Assembly (NCBI GenBank): GCA_028023455.1
Contig: JAQFVV010000009.1
Span: 2,976,001-3,040,000, forward strand
Length of the DNA: 64,000 nt
DNA from: Epiperipatus broadwayi
Lineage: Eukaryota; Animalia; Onychophora
Reading direction: 5' to 3'
The notes under the pieces were generated by a model. The model worked only from the letters and a program-made list of their open reading frames with translations, was not told the origin of the DNA and ran no database searches. This document shows, piece by piece, positions 38,640 to 51,010 of this stretch. Within the stretch, counting starts at the first letter, position 1; the number at the start of each line of letters is the position of its first letter. A program made the translations under genes and the position numbers.

Positions 38640-38720
38640 AGCATCAGCCGGGAAGCGAACCCGCTAACCCGGGACAACTGCTTGTAAAGCAGCTGTCGCT
38701 GACCTCTCGACCACCAATAC
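38640..38720 (-). pseudogene. tRNA-like element: Gly-type acceptor/T arm, UAC anticodon, 8-nt insertion in the T loop
   Basis: GTATTGG-TG-GTCG(AGAGGTCAG)CGAC-A-GCTGC(TTTACAA)GCAGT-TGTC-CCGGG(TT-agcgggtt-CGCTT)CCCGG-CTGATGC-T. All four stems pair. The ends resemble eukaryotic tRNA-Gly(GCC) (GCATTGGTGGT...CCCGGCCAATGCA). No oligo-T terminator. Confidence 0.7.
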
Positions 38721-39997
38721 TATTTTTGATTATCAAAATATCAAGCATTGCAAATGTATATGAAAATCAATTAGTTATTACAATATTTAATATAACATTT
38801 ATTCAAATTTCCAGCACTATATGGTTGCTTTAAAAAGCAGAGACAGTGTATGTGGTAGGAGTAGAAATATAAAGTTGAATTATTAGTAAGTTTACTTAAT
38901 CCAACAAAATCATTAATCCAAGAAAACTAGGAACTATGAATGATGGATTAACAATATTGCATTTGTATTAAATAATTACAGTTTATATTATCTACTATTG
39001 TGCAAACTATTCAGTTGATTAAAAATATAGACTTACTATATACTATGTTTATTGTAAAAGTTTATATAAGTCTGAGGTTTTTTTTTATAGATTACAATAT
39101 ATGATAGGATTAATACTGTAATGGTTATTGCCTGCAGCTGTATTCAAGTCAGAATGAGTCAATTTTAAAAATTTTCAGATTCACAATTATGTTAGGATTT
39201 TTAATTTCAGATAGTTAGCCCATAATCAACCCAGTTAGCCATTCATTTATTGATTAGCAAATAGTTACTAGAGGGATACACTAAAAATGGCAAAAAAAAT
39301 ACTGAAAGTCCAAATTAATTTGCTAATCAGCAAGCTGCTATTGCCTTGATCTCTTTTCTTTGGAAGAGGGCAGCTTTCAAACTTACAAAATCAACAAATT
39401 TCATTATTTTAATGTGAGTTATAATTTACTCAACACTTTTACTTAATCTTAAAATGTACATATATTGAAAAGTGAAATTTAAAAAAAAAGCAATCTAATT
39501 CTGCAAATGAATATCTATATTTTGCTTTTCAATATATCTCTGTTAATTATATATAGTTTATGTAAACAGGATCTTGTCATAAGGAAGTTAAAAAATAGTT
39601 GCTAAATAAGCTGATATGAAATTTAACACAAAATTAGAAGGAAAAAAGAATTGCTGTTAATTTTTTACTTTTTGCCTATCCTAACATAAATTAAACATTA
39701 AATACAATATATAAAAAGTATTGAAATCAATCTGAGAGAGTGCAAATCTCTCAAGTGTTTAGCCAATCAGATTGCAAATACTGGGACAGAGAATTTAATA
39801 AGAAAAGAGCGGTTCCACTCTCTTTTTTACTTGTCTGTCTATATATCCAAGCCAGTCCAAAGTACTTAGATCCGCCAGCGTAAATCTTAAACATCTTCAC
39901 ACTTAACTCACTGAGTTCTAATTACAAACATACAGCGTGAAATCTTTCGATTTACTACGCAGTAGTTTTTAGATGTTATAACTTGCAGCAATATATG

Positions 39998-40109
39998 TAA
40001 ATAATATTTATTTCTACAAACGCTGACGGTATTGAAATCAATCTGAGAGGTGCAAACCTCTCAGATTGATTTCAATACCGTCTGCGTTTGTAGAAATAAA
40101 TATTATTTA
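39998..40109. repeat. Near-perfect hairpin: 54-bp arms, one mismatch, GCAA loop
   Basis: taaataatatttatttctacaaacgctgacggtattgaaatcaatctgagaggt-gcaa-acctctcagattgatttcaataccgtctgcgtttgtagaaataaatattattta. A partial copy of the centre lies at ~39718-39762. Confidence 0.95.
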
Positions 40110-40449
40110 TAAAAAGTATTGTAATATCAATTAATATTTACATTTTAATAAATAAAAATATTTTTGATTATTAAGAAATTGTATCAATATAAAAATTAAG
40201 TTATTATCATTTCTATTTTCAGCAATCTACAGCGTTTTATAGTGAAGTATAAAGTAATGATGAATTAGTCGGAGTTCAAATCCCTTCTAATTACTACACA
40301 TATATGTAAATTTCCTTTTTCAATTAAATCACATTGTAGTTGAATAATATATATATTTGTGTAATTAGATTAAGTTCATATTTGATATAGGTCAACAAAT
40401 TTCTATATGAATTATGTTAGAACATAATAGCTTGATAGTATGTTGGAAG

Positions 40450-40545
40450 GAGAATGCATTAGATCATAAAGATCCAGATGCACTGGTCAAACCTCTCACT
40501 GATGAAAGCCACAAAACTGAGACTAGTCTGAGGATATTGGGTAAT
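40450..40545 (+). mobile_element. Family A fragment with a hammerhead carrying one core mutation
   Basis: UCUCA-CUGAUGA-AAGCCACAAAACU-GAgA-C-UA-GUC-UGAGG (40494-40533); GAAA is mutated to GAGA. Confidence 0.8.
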
Positions 40546-43500
40546 ATAGCATATGATAGGAATTTATAAGCACTATCATCTTTCAACTATTATTACTTAC
40601 TAAAGCTTATAGTAAGTGGCAAAGAGATAGTGAAAAAGTATCTGCTATAACAGCAATATATTTAGAGTCATATGATGAGTCAGCCTTACATTTTATTGGT
40701 TAATAATAATAACCTAGATAAAACTTTTCTAAGCATTGAACTTTACTTTGAAGCACATTTTTAATTCATTAAAGTTCATTCATAGTTATATTATTTTGGT
40801 TTTAAGCGGCAGTATTAGAATACATTCACAACACACAGTAATCATGCAAATATATCTTAGAAATAAATTAATGTTAGAAAAAACAAAGAAGACATCTGAA
40901 AGCAATTTCAAGATAAGTACAAACAAGTGATCTTGAATTAGATATTTTCTCTCTAAAATTTGTAAAATTCCACAACAATAATTTTTCTAATAACTTTGAA
41001 TCAAGTTTAATTTTTTTTTTCTATACGTATATATTTTTCAAATATATAATGCTATCATTCAGCAATTCTAGATACAATTATATAATCAGCCGTATTTTCT
41101 TAACTTTTTAAAAAAATTGCTTAATTTGTCTTTGATATGTCCTAGACATATCTAAAGATTAATATTATTAAGTAAGAAATGTGGGATTGTTAGTTTATTA
41201 ACAGCTAATAAGAACAAAAAAGATTACTGAAAAGTTATATACTGCAAACTTTCAGGATGATCATATAAATTTCTATGACTTGTTTTCATAATTGTATCAA
41301 AAATTAATATAGATAACATTTGATTTTCTATAATTTAAAGATATAATACTTTAATCCAATACTGCCCAATTTTTAAAGTTATTATAAAATAACAAAGAAT
41401 CTTTACAAGAAATTTTTTTTATTATAATATATGAATCAGACATAAAGTGCTTCCCCTGTTCTTATATAATATTAGATAATATATAAATAAGCAACTTCTA
41501 AGTTATAAATTATGACAATACAAACTTCAACGAATTGGGTTTGAAAAAAATCTCCTTCCTTAACTTTGCCTGTTTTTTAGTATCACAAATCAAAATAAGT
41601 TAGAATTTTAGTTTATATAAAGCAGATTCTGTGTGATAAAATGCAATGGATAAAATTTATTTTGTTGTAAAAAGTGATATTTTTAATAATCAGAAATAAA
41701 TATATTGTGACTATATGGAAATTATAATTAATTATTTTTTTAAATAAAACATATGCAAAAAAGGTATTATTAATTTTATTTGAAAGTGACAATCGCAATC
41801 ATTACTAATGAAGCTTTTCACACAATTAATAAACACCTCCACAAATTCATTCTAATCTGGTAGGAATTAAACCAATTTCATTTTTGATAAATCTCATCAA
41901 CTGAATTAAATATGCATGTAACAAAATCATGTAATTTATTAAAGTGTTGCAACTTATATTCTATGAATCAAATCATTTAAAGCACTATTTACTGAACTCA
42001 TTGTGAAATAAGACATTAGATAATATATATTAAAATCTTTAGTTTTTAAATATTCAAAATTGAAATTAATGACATAAAAGCAATTGGAATGGATGATGAA
42101 AATATTTTTGTTGAAACAGGCTGAGTTTTATATCACCACAATTTACAAATCAGAATTCTTTCATATATTTACTTAACATTTCCATAATGAGTTTATCTCT
42201 TTAGCTTAAGAATTTACACAAAATAAGAAACAATAATCTCTAACATTTGTCTGTTTTAAAAACACTCAATCAATTTGTAATTTATATATTCATTTTAGAA
42301 AATATAAATTTTAATGACGTTTTTATCAAGAAATGGAACTACTTATATGAAAATATAATCGGCATGCACAGTTTTTAAATTTTGACTTTAGTAAATATTA
42401 CTTTTTAATGTCAACTATATTAGTCCTTTTTTTTTTTGATGCAATGTCAAAAAACTAACAAGTACTCTTTCTTAAACTTTAATTGCAGTTAATATTTATT
42501 AATGATTTATTATTTGTCATAATTATAACATTATTTATTTTCTTTTTTTAAAAGAAGAATAAAGATTAATTTAAATGTAGTTCTAGGGACTGTCAAAAAA
42601 GAATGATTTACTTAATAAATTTTGTCTTTTCTGGCACTCAAATTTCATAGGAACTATGAAGTAATCAATCTTTCAATTATTTTTAGTATTAATAATTTTG
42701 ATATTCATTAATATTAATTTACATATAATGATAGTACTAGGAAAGAACTCCATTTCATTTATCTATATTTTAATTCAGTTTAATTTCTTAGTTAAAACAG
42801 TTATTGTTTTTAAAATTACTGCAAATAAAAAGCCTTATGGCATTTTAGTTTTGTTTTAAGGAAAACATTTCAAATCTTTAAGCATTGCTTATGTAAAGAT
42901 ATGTTTAATAATGTAAATGTTTTAAGAACATATGAAATTTAAAGAAATAGATAAATTTAAAAATTAAAATATTATTTTAGATAAGTTTATGTAGCTAAGA
43001 TTGTTATGAAAGACTATCAGATAACTGCCCCAACACAAGAGTTATTTTCAAAAATTATACATATCTATAGTTTTCATCATCATGGAAAAATCTTCAATCA
43101 TTTAATATAATGATTTTTCAAAAACAACTTTTTTTTTTTTTTTTTTTAAAAAGGGATTTTGTAATTACAATAGGATGCCAATATCATTTAAGGCATTAGT
43201 TTCCCTTTTAAAACAAAATGCAATAATTTATTCAAAGATTAAAAAAATAAGATTCGTTCATTATATTAAAAAAAAAAGCAGCACCAAAAAAAAAAATTAG
43301 AAAATTAATATTACATTAGCTAAAATGAAGTTTATTTACTTAATTATTTAATATTTTAAAATTATATCAGAAATACAATAATAATAATGATAATAAATTT
43401 AAGAACATATTTTCTTATTCTTGGATAAGAATTCTTTATGTAAGGATTTGTTATAGCAATCAATATCAACTTATATTCATACTTCAAAAACAAACTATTC

Positions 43501-44129
43501 ACTTTAACAATCTGTAAGAAATAGTGACTATTGTGGAATACTGACATAATAGGATAGTATATATCATTAAAAGCAATTTTTTTTTTTGTAGAATTACAAT
43601 AGCAAGATTCATGTCAAAAAAAAAAAAAGTTTTAAACATTACATAATTAAAAAAAAATCCTTTACCACATACCCTAATAAACTGAACTAAAATATTAATA
43701 AAATTAAGAAATTATTTAGCTAAAATACACTTTACTTACCTATTTTTTATATAATGTAAATACCTTCATAATAATAAAATTGCAACAACATTCAAAAATG
43801 TAAATATTCTTACCAAAAAAAAAAATCTCTTATTATGAAATTTAAAAAAACTTTGATCATATAATTAAATTCATTAAAAATAAATTACAAAATATATAGT
43901 GAATTCTGAATCAATATATTAGGTATGTATTGTTTTTTATTTTGTCATTCATAGTCTGCTTTTTTTTTTTTTGATTCCAAAATCAGTGCTTTAGAAATAT
44001 ATGCTATTTTTTATTGATATATCAATTTTTGAACTGACATTTTTTCATGTCTATCATCCACAAATTATGATGCTGACACAATGTATTCCCTTGTGTTTTT
44101 TTTTTATTTTAAAAAATTGAAATGTACAA

Positions 44130-44810
44130 TTACTATTATTAACAAATGTAAATATATTAAATTTATTAAGGGCAAGCAAATGATATAATAATAACATAAA
44201 AGGTTAAAAACCTGTGACTGATACGCCTTAAATATGTTTATGTAACAGCCAATCAGATGTAATAATGACTGCACGTGGAACTCTCAATTCAAAAACACAA
44301 GCCAGAAATACAAGAAAAAGATGTAACACCTTCTTCTCTACTTAAATTTATATATAAATAAGCCAGACTCACATGCAGTCATTATTACATCTAATTGGCT
44401 GTCACATAAGCATTTTTAAGACGCATCAGACAAAGGTTTTTAGCCTTTCACATTTTTATTATATCATTTGCTTGCGCTTAATAAATTTAATATACTTACA
44501 TTTGTTACTATTATTTCATTAGATTTGAAAATTACTTCATAGTAAATTAAATGATTTCACTTTGTTTATTTATATATAATATTTAGTGAATTAAATGTAA
44601 AGGTGTTTTAAGCTTCACGCTCTTAGTTCAGAATGCTTGAGTCTGGCTTATTTATATATAAATTTAAATAAAGGTGTTCCATCTTTTTCTCGTATTTCTG
44701 GCTTGTGTTATTGAATTGAGAGTTCCATGTGCAGTCATTATTACATCTGACTGGCTGTCACATAAGCATTTTTAAGATGCATCAGTCAAAGGTTTTTAGC
44801 CTTTCACGTT
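44130..44810. repeat. Nested inverted-repeat complex (one forward and two reverse copies of a ~200-bp unit)
   Basis: cagccaatcagatgtaataatgactgca (44247) is matched in reverse at ~44375 and ~44730; aagccagactc / gagtctggctt; outer arms 44130-44190 / 44440-44505. Confidence 0.8.
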
Positions 44811-44895
44811 ATAATTACTATTATTATATATATATACATACACAAAAACAGGTATTATAACTAGTTTGATCATAAATTCTAATTATAAATTTAAA

Positions 44896-45588
44896 AAGGT
44901 ACTTGTGAGTTTTCAAGCAAACCAAGATGGCAGCCTATATTTTTGATAAATGTAATTTCGAGGGACTATAATTTACTGAAGATGTATTAGTTGTTAAATT
45001 AAAACAAATTTAATAAATTGATTTTTAAATTTTAAAATAAAGAAAGAATAAATTCTGATAAATTTCATTAAGAATATTTTTATTTCAATTTTTTTTTTAT
45101 TAAAGTGGGAAGTGACGAGACGCTCTTAACATTGCCGTACTTTCGTTCATTCAGCATTTCTTTTTGTCAGCAGTTTTTGTGATAAATTGTCATAATGATA
45201 AAAATTTGGAACCTTTCTGTCATAGAACATGATATAGTGAATTATTTCCAAAGGTACAGGATCCTGCCCTCCTGAAAAATATGCATTAATAATCATGACA
45301 TGACTGCATGCCGGTGACATGAATAAAGTGTATTGTATTTATTTATTTTTTCATTTTTCTGTTAATAAGTCAATCAAAAAAAAAAAAAAATTGTAAATAT
45401 TGTAATTAATTTTTCCACAAAAATTTCTTTTTTTTTTTAATAACAATAATAAAAAATAAAATGTAAATATTAAATACATTTCCTAGTAAGCATTTTTTTG
45501 TAAACATTTTTTGGGGCCACTTGAAACTGTAGATTTATCAAAAATATGGGCTGCTGTCTTGGTTTACTAGAAAACTCACAAGTAACTT
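44896..45588. mobile_element. MITE-like element with ~60-bp imperfect TIRs
   Basis: acttgtgagttttcaagcaaaccaagatggcagcctatattttgataaat vs atttatcaaaaatatgggctgctgtcttggtttactagaaaactcacaagt. Confidence 0.65.
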
Positions 45589-48500
45589 TAAATATATATA
45601 AAATAATGTTAGAATTTTTCAAAAACAATTTTATGATTTTGATTCAAATAAAATTAAAGTTTTATTCTAGAATTTAAGAGAATTAAAAACTGGACTACCA
45701 ACAAAACCCCCCCCCCCCCATTCATACATTAAATTACTTAAAAATTCTTTGACTTGAATCAACTATAAGTAGACTAAACTTTATGCTTTAAAGGCAAAAA
45801 TTTAAAGTGATATAAAAACAAATTGACTAAAAAAATATACTATGCAATATTTGTAATTATCAAATCAGTAAAATAATTGTTAATCCTATTATTAATAATA
45901 ATTTCAGTGATATTAAAATTATACATATAGATACACACTTTTTGAAAGTCATATATGTGGAATATTTTGAGTTATAAAATATGAATTATACTACAAGTGA
46001 ATTTATTTCAGTAAATAACCATTACATTGTTTTTACTATAATTTTTAATAGAGCTATCATTTGTTTTCTCCAATGGGTCAAAAATTCATTGTTTTATGTT
46101 TATTAAAATTCTTTTTCTTTTCTTGCTTTAATTTGAATGTTTTTTGAAATAGCTATACAATACCAACATCTTTTCAAACTATTCATGCATTGCACCAATA
46201 AATCTGACTTCACACACAAAAAATATCTTTAATCATTATATAATTACAAAAAAAAAATTCATCACGTGCATTAAAAATAATTTCAAAATGTTTGCTAAAA
46301 CACAGATTTTAACTTACTTTATTTTTAATTTAAATGTTTTATATATATATAAAAAGAATATGATATAGACATCTCAGTTTACAAAGTCTTTGCAAAAGAA
46401 AAAAGATCACATTAGATGTAAAGTAATTGTAAAATAAATTAAAAAATTATGTAAATCACATTTAATAAAATGTTTAAAATTAACAGCAAAAAAAAAAAAA
46501 AAATGCTGTAATTATACTGCACAGTATTTTCACTACATTTTGATACGAGATAAATAAATTTAATTAATAATAAGTTTAGCAAAACATAAAATCATTAATT
46601 TTTATTGATTTTCAATTTTAACTTAAGTTTATCATAATAGAAAATCATTTTAATTTCCAATTTTTAAAGTAAAATTTTTGATTTAAGATTAGTTTCATGA
46701 ACTCATTGCTCTCATTATTCATGGTAAAAAAGTATGTTAAAATTAGTTCTCTCTTTTTATTTATTTTATTTAATGTGATCTCAATGAACATAACTATCAT
46801 TTCAAACAATATGGCTACAAAATTTGATAAAAATATTAAAATTTACAGTAAAAAAACAAACAAACAATATGCAGCAACTTAACTATATTAATACACAACA
46901 TTAAATTTTGTTAGTAAGTCTCAGTTAAAATGTTTTTGTTCATCAATTATCATTAATGCTCAATTTTAAATTAAGTTTTTTAAAATAAGATAATAAAAAA
47001 GTTTATAGTTTCATTTGAATCTATATTAATAAATTAATTTTTTACTTGAGATTTTTTTTTGATTTGTAAGATTTTTGGAAAATATGAATTCATTAACAGG
47101 GGTAAAAGTTTCTGATATAAAACTCAATAACATCAAAGCATTATTAGAAAAAGAATGTGGAGAGCCAGAGATATGACAAAAAATAAGTTCATTTCATCCA
47201 ATAATGGCAGAAAAAAATAATCGAGATTCTAATTAAGTTATATAAAATAAAATTTATTTGTATATATTACAAAAGACAAAGATTTTTTAACCAATATTCT
47301 CCATGCATTCCATTCAGTATTAAACAAACAATTTCCTTTTTATGCTTAATTTTTGCAATATTCAAATTTTATTAATATTCTTTAAAGACCTAATAATACA
47401 ATATATAATTTTTTTGTTTAGGTCATTGCAGAAAAATTGAAATATTGGCATTATTTAATAAAATTTCAACATTGCAAAATTTAAAAATAGAAAGAAGATA
47501 GTTACTTAATACTGCAAATACAAGGAAGTTGGACATTATTATTTCTGAAATAAGGTTGCTTTTGTTGAAATTTAATAAAAATAATTAATTCTAATTTTAT
47601 TTACTGCATTTCTCCTACTAAGTGGTTAAATGTCTGTATAAATACTAATCATGTATTGTTTATCATTACAAATATACTTAAATGCACATATAAATAAATG
47701 CAATTATTTCCTAAAACTTATTATAAGTCAAGAATCTTGCATTAAAAAATGGTAATTTATAATGGTTTCCTATTATTTTAACAATGATTTTAAACATTTT
47801 AAAACTGTGATCACTATTTATAACCACCAAGAGTGATTATCATGTTGACTCGTGATTCACTAAATTAAAATATATAAAAAATGTTAATATAATGTACATT
47901 TCTAATTTATTCTTGGTGCACTTTATCTATTCTATGATCAATTTTTTTTTTTGTAATTACTTATTTAAACTTTTTTGTTATAGTTGCAAACTGTGATATC
48001 ACAATATAACTATTTTGTTTATTATGAGTTGTAACTCAATTCCATAAAAATTAGATTAATAAATGCAATGTAAAATATACTTTTTCAATTTAATTTTTAT
48101 GCAGTATGAAATCAAAGGTGTTATCGCTTTTATATAAGATAAATAAAACAAAAAATATTTAAATAAATCGATTGTTATTTTGGGGATATTAAATGAAAAT
48201 TAGGTAAGTGAAACATATTTTAGCTAATGTATAATATTTTTAATTTATTTCTAAAGTACTTTGTTACTGTATATTATCAAAGTTTGTTTTAGTATATAAA
48301 AAATAACTGTACTTTTTTGGATATAAACCTTATTATTTTACCTTACAAAAAAGATATATTATTTTCATAATGTCAGCATCCAATATATTATATCAATAAA
48401 ATGCAAAATAGTAGCTATTTAAAAAAGAATAAATAGTTTTTAAAAATTGTATTAGTTATTTGTTTATAAAGTAGTAAATAAAAATTAAAGATTACTAGAG

Positions 48501-49603
48501 TGAATCATTGTGGAACAGACTTTAATATGAAAAAAAAAAATTATGATAAGTATTTAAATATAATTTAAAAGTTTTACGAGGAAAAAAAAGTATTTAAAAC
48601 ATGCTTAATGTTTTTGAAAGAAAGATCATGTCATTGTTTAGTTATTTGGAACAGAAAAAGACTATTGACAATGAGGAATTAATTTGCTTAGAATAATGGT
48701 TCACTAGAATTATAGTACAATAAAGCAAATGTATAATCCAATGTAGGGAAAAATCATCTCCAACAGCTGTGTTGACAATGATTAGATAGTGTGTTTTTCT
48801 TGCATTAGTTTTTATTTAAGAAAAACTAAATATATATGCTAATCAATAATTGATACTTAACTGATTTACTAGAACAAAAAAAAAATTAATACTGATTGAA
48901 ACATGAAAAAATTTTCCTGTCCCAAATTTAAATCCAAGACTAGGCATGGAAAATGAAAGAGTGATCTCTATACAAGGAAGGTCTTGCAAAGCAAATATGA
49001 ATAAATTTAAAATAATAACTACACATCCAGATGTTTAATAAAATTTAAATTAATAAAATAAAACCTATTAAAAATATAAAATAAATTTAAACGACAATCA
49101 ATCAAAAATGAATGTAAAAAAAATCACTTCTCAATTGAAAATTTAGATTGTAATAACTACATAAAAATGGCAGTGTTAAAAAGGTTATAAATTGTATGTT
49201 TTCATTTATTATGAAATCTTTCAAAATTTGAGCAATGTTTTGAGAAAAGAATTTGATGATAGATTTAACTTCCAATCCTTTGAGAATAAAATAATTTTCT
49301 CACTCACCTCAGAAAGTATTTATTTTTAAGCCACTCTGGGCATTGTACATTGGATTTGTAATGTTGAACTTTCTCATGAATGTAGAAACATTTTCATACA
49401 GTTTAATAATTTTATAACTTCATGAAAGGGCAAGGAATTTAATGCTTAAATGTTGGAGAGTCTATATATTTTAAACTAAACTTTATATTATTTTTCTGAT
49501 AATTATTTTAAAATGACTTATGATGGCCTTCAAATATATTTAAGAAACATCTGTTATGCATTTATATGGATCCAAGAATTATATAAATATATATAAAAAT
49601 TAC

Positions 49604-49740
49604 CTGACGCAAAATTTCTTGTTGCCGCACACGTAATCTTTCTCTTTCCATCTGTAAGCGCTGCAATCGCATTTTCTGTTGTCTTTGTTGAAGGGCAGCC
49701 TGTTGACTGCTTTGAGTTTCAAGCCTCTGTTGATGCATGG
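49604..49740 (-). CDS. YAP1: Internal coding exon of a YAP/Yorkie transcriptional co-activator (post-WW linker + coiled coil)
   Basis: Acceptor (pyrimidine-rich ~30 nt)-tttag|CC, donor CAG|gtaatt; 137 nt, phase 1 to 0. Encodes (A)MHQQRLETQSSQQAALQQRQQKMRLQRLQMERERLRVRQQEILRQ, matching vertebrate YAP1 AMNQR...[26 protein letters not shown]. As I recall the human gene, the exon borders also match. Confidence 0.93.
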
Positions 49741-50914
49741 CTAAAAAAAGAAAAAAAAAGAAAAAAAGAAAACATAGTCAACCCCTTACCTGAATACACT
49801 CCCTGTTTATCTGCCACAGGATTACTAATTCTTGACTCAAACATTTTATAAGCTAAATGTTTACCACAATTTTTAGAATTTTGACTAAAATTTAATAAAA
49901 AATAAATTAGACTTAAAAGTATCTCCCCCACATTCAATTAAATATCATTGCCTTTTTAAAATAAAAATATAGATAACACAGAGTGAAGAGAATAAACAAA
50001 ACAGTAAAAAAAAGTAATAAAGTAATCAAATCATTACTATAAATATTTTAATTTGCCATTAATTTCAAAAAGGTTTTTTAATAAAACTTTATACATTCAA
50101 AGTTTCTTAAATCAGCTATTTTATATATACTGCCTCTTTTTTTGTTGCTACTGAAATTTTATATTATTTGATGAATTAATACAATTTATTAGCAAATTCA
50201 TTCCTTTTTTTAATCATACCATTAAAACTTTAATAATTTAGTTTAGAGGTACTAAATGAGAGAAGACACCTTTTTTTTTCCAGTCATTATCAGAAACATA
50301 ATTTTATTTCTTTATCTCACCATTTGAAAATTAACAATAATTCAACTTGGTGAGAAGGAGAGATCTTAATTTAAACATTCACAGTAAACTATTTTTATTT
50401 TTTATTCTACTGTTCAAAGTTGAATAATAATTTAGTTTAACACGACAAAAGAAAAAAAAATGCATTCATTAATAGTAGTATAAGTACTCATTATTTTAAA
50501 TATTAAAAATATAATATCCTGCATATTATATATTTTATAAAATATTTTCAACATGGTAATGTTATGAAATATGATCATTTAAAATAATGCTTTGATACAT
50601 GATAGCAATAACAATTTATAATTTTTGTCAACTCATAAATAATTTGATTAGGGTCAAAATATATTACTTATTGAAAGTAAAACTGTTCACATATAGTAAA
50701 GCAGTGTAACAAACTTCATTGGAGTTCAAATATAATAGCTAAAATACTTTCTTAGGAATAAGTGCTTACAGTTGGTATTAAAACTGAAAGCACCAACATA
50801 TATAGTTACTGAATTATGTAACAATGCAAAAAAGATGACATGAATTCAAACCATTATGTTATTAAATTTCAACTGATAATTTTATAGTAGCAAAAAGTAA
50901 AAGAATAGCTTCTG

Positions 50915-51010
50915 CATAGGTGTTCTAGCTCCAAGACCAACCATTTATGATAAAGACCATAAGCCAGACCTAGTCTGGGAATATTGACATGGTAGCACTG
51001 AATATGGATT
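50915..51010 (+). mobile_element. Heavily decayed family A fragment (hammerhead relic)
   Basis: ttatgataaagaccataagccagacctagtctgggaatattgacatggtagcactg aligns with the family A CTGATGA...GAAACTAGTCTG(A/G)GG.ATATTGG segment. Confidence 0.55.

Noticed and set aside
40256-40290. UGAUGA (C-box) plus GAGUUCAAAUCCC (B-box-like)
   Set aside because: No D box or terminal stem for a C/D snoRNA, and no cloverleaf for a tRNA.
49302-49310. Consensus donor GAG|gtgagt ~295 nt downstream of the YAP exon
   Set aside because: Extending the exon to it meets a stop after 13 codons and no convincing acceptor defines a separate exon. No nearby alternative donor equivalent to the vertebrate beta insert was seen.
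49790-49884. 95-nt minus-strand exon-like segment (QNSKNCGK...QGVYS) with a gtaagg donor just upstream of the YAP exon
   Set aside because: It would need a 49-nt intron with the branch point ~10 nt from the donor; its entry phase (2) does not fit the expected phase-1 WW exon; no YAP similarity.
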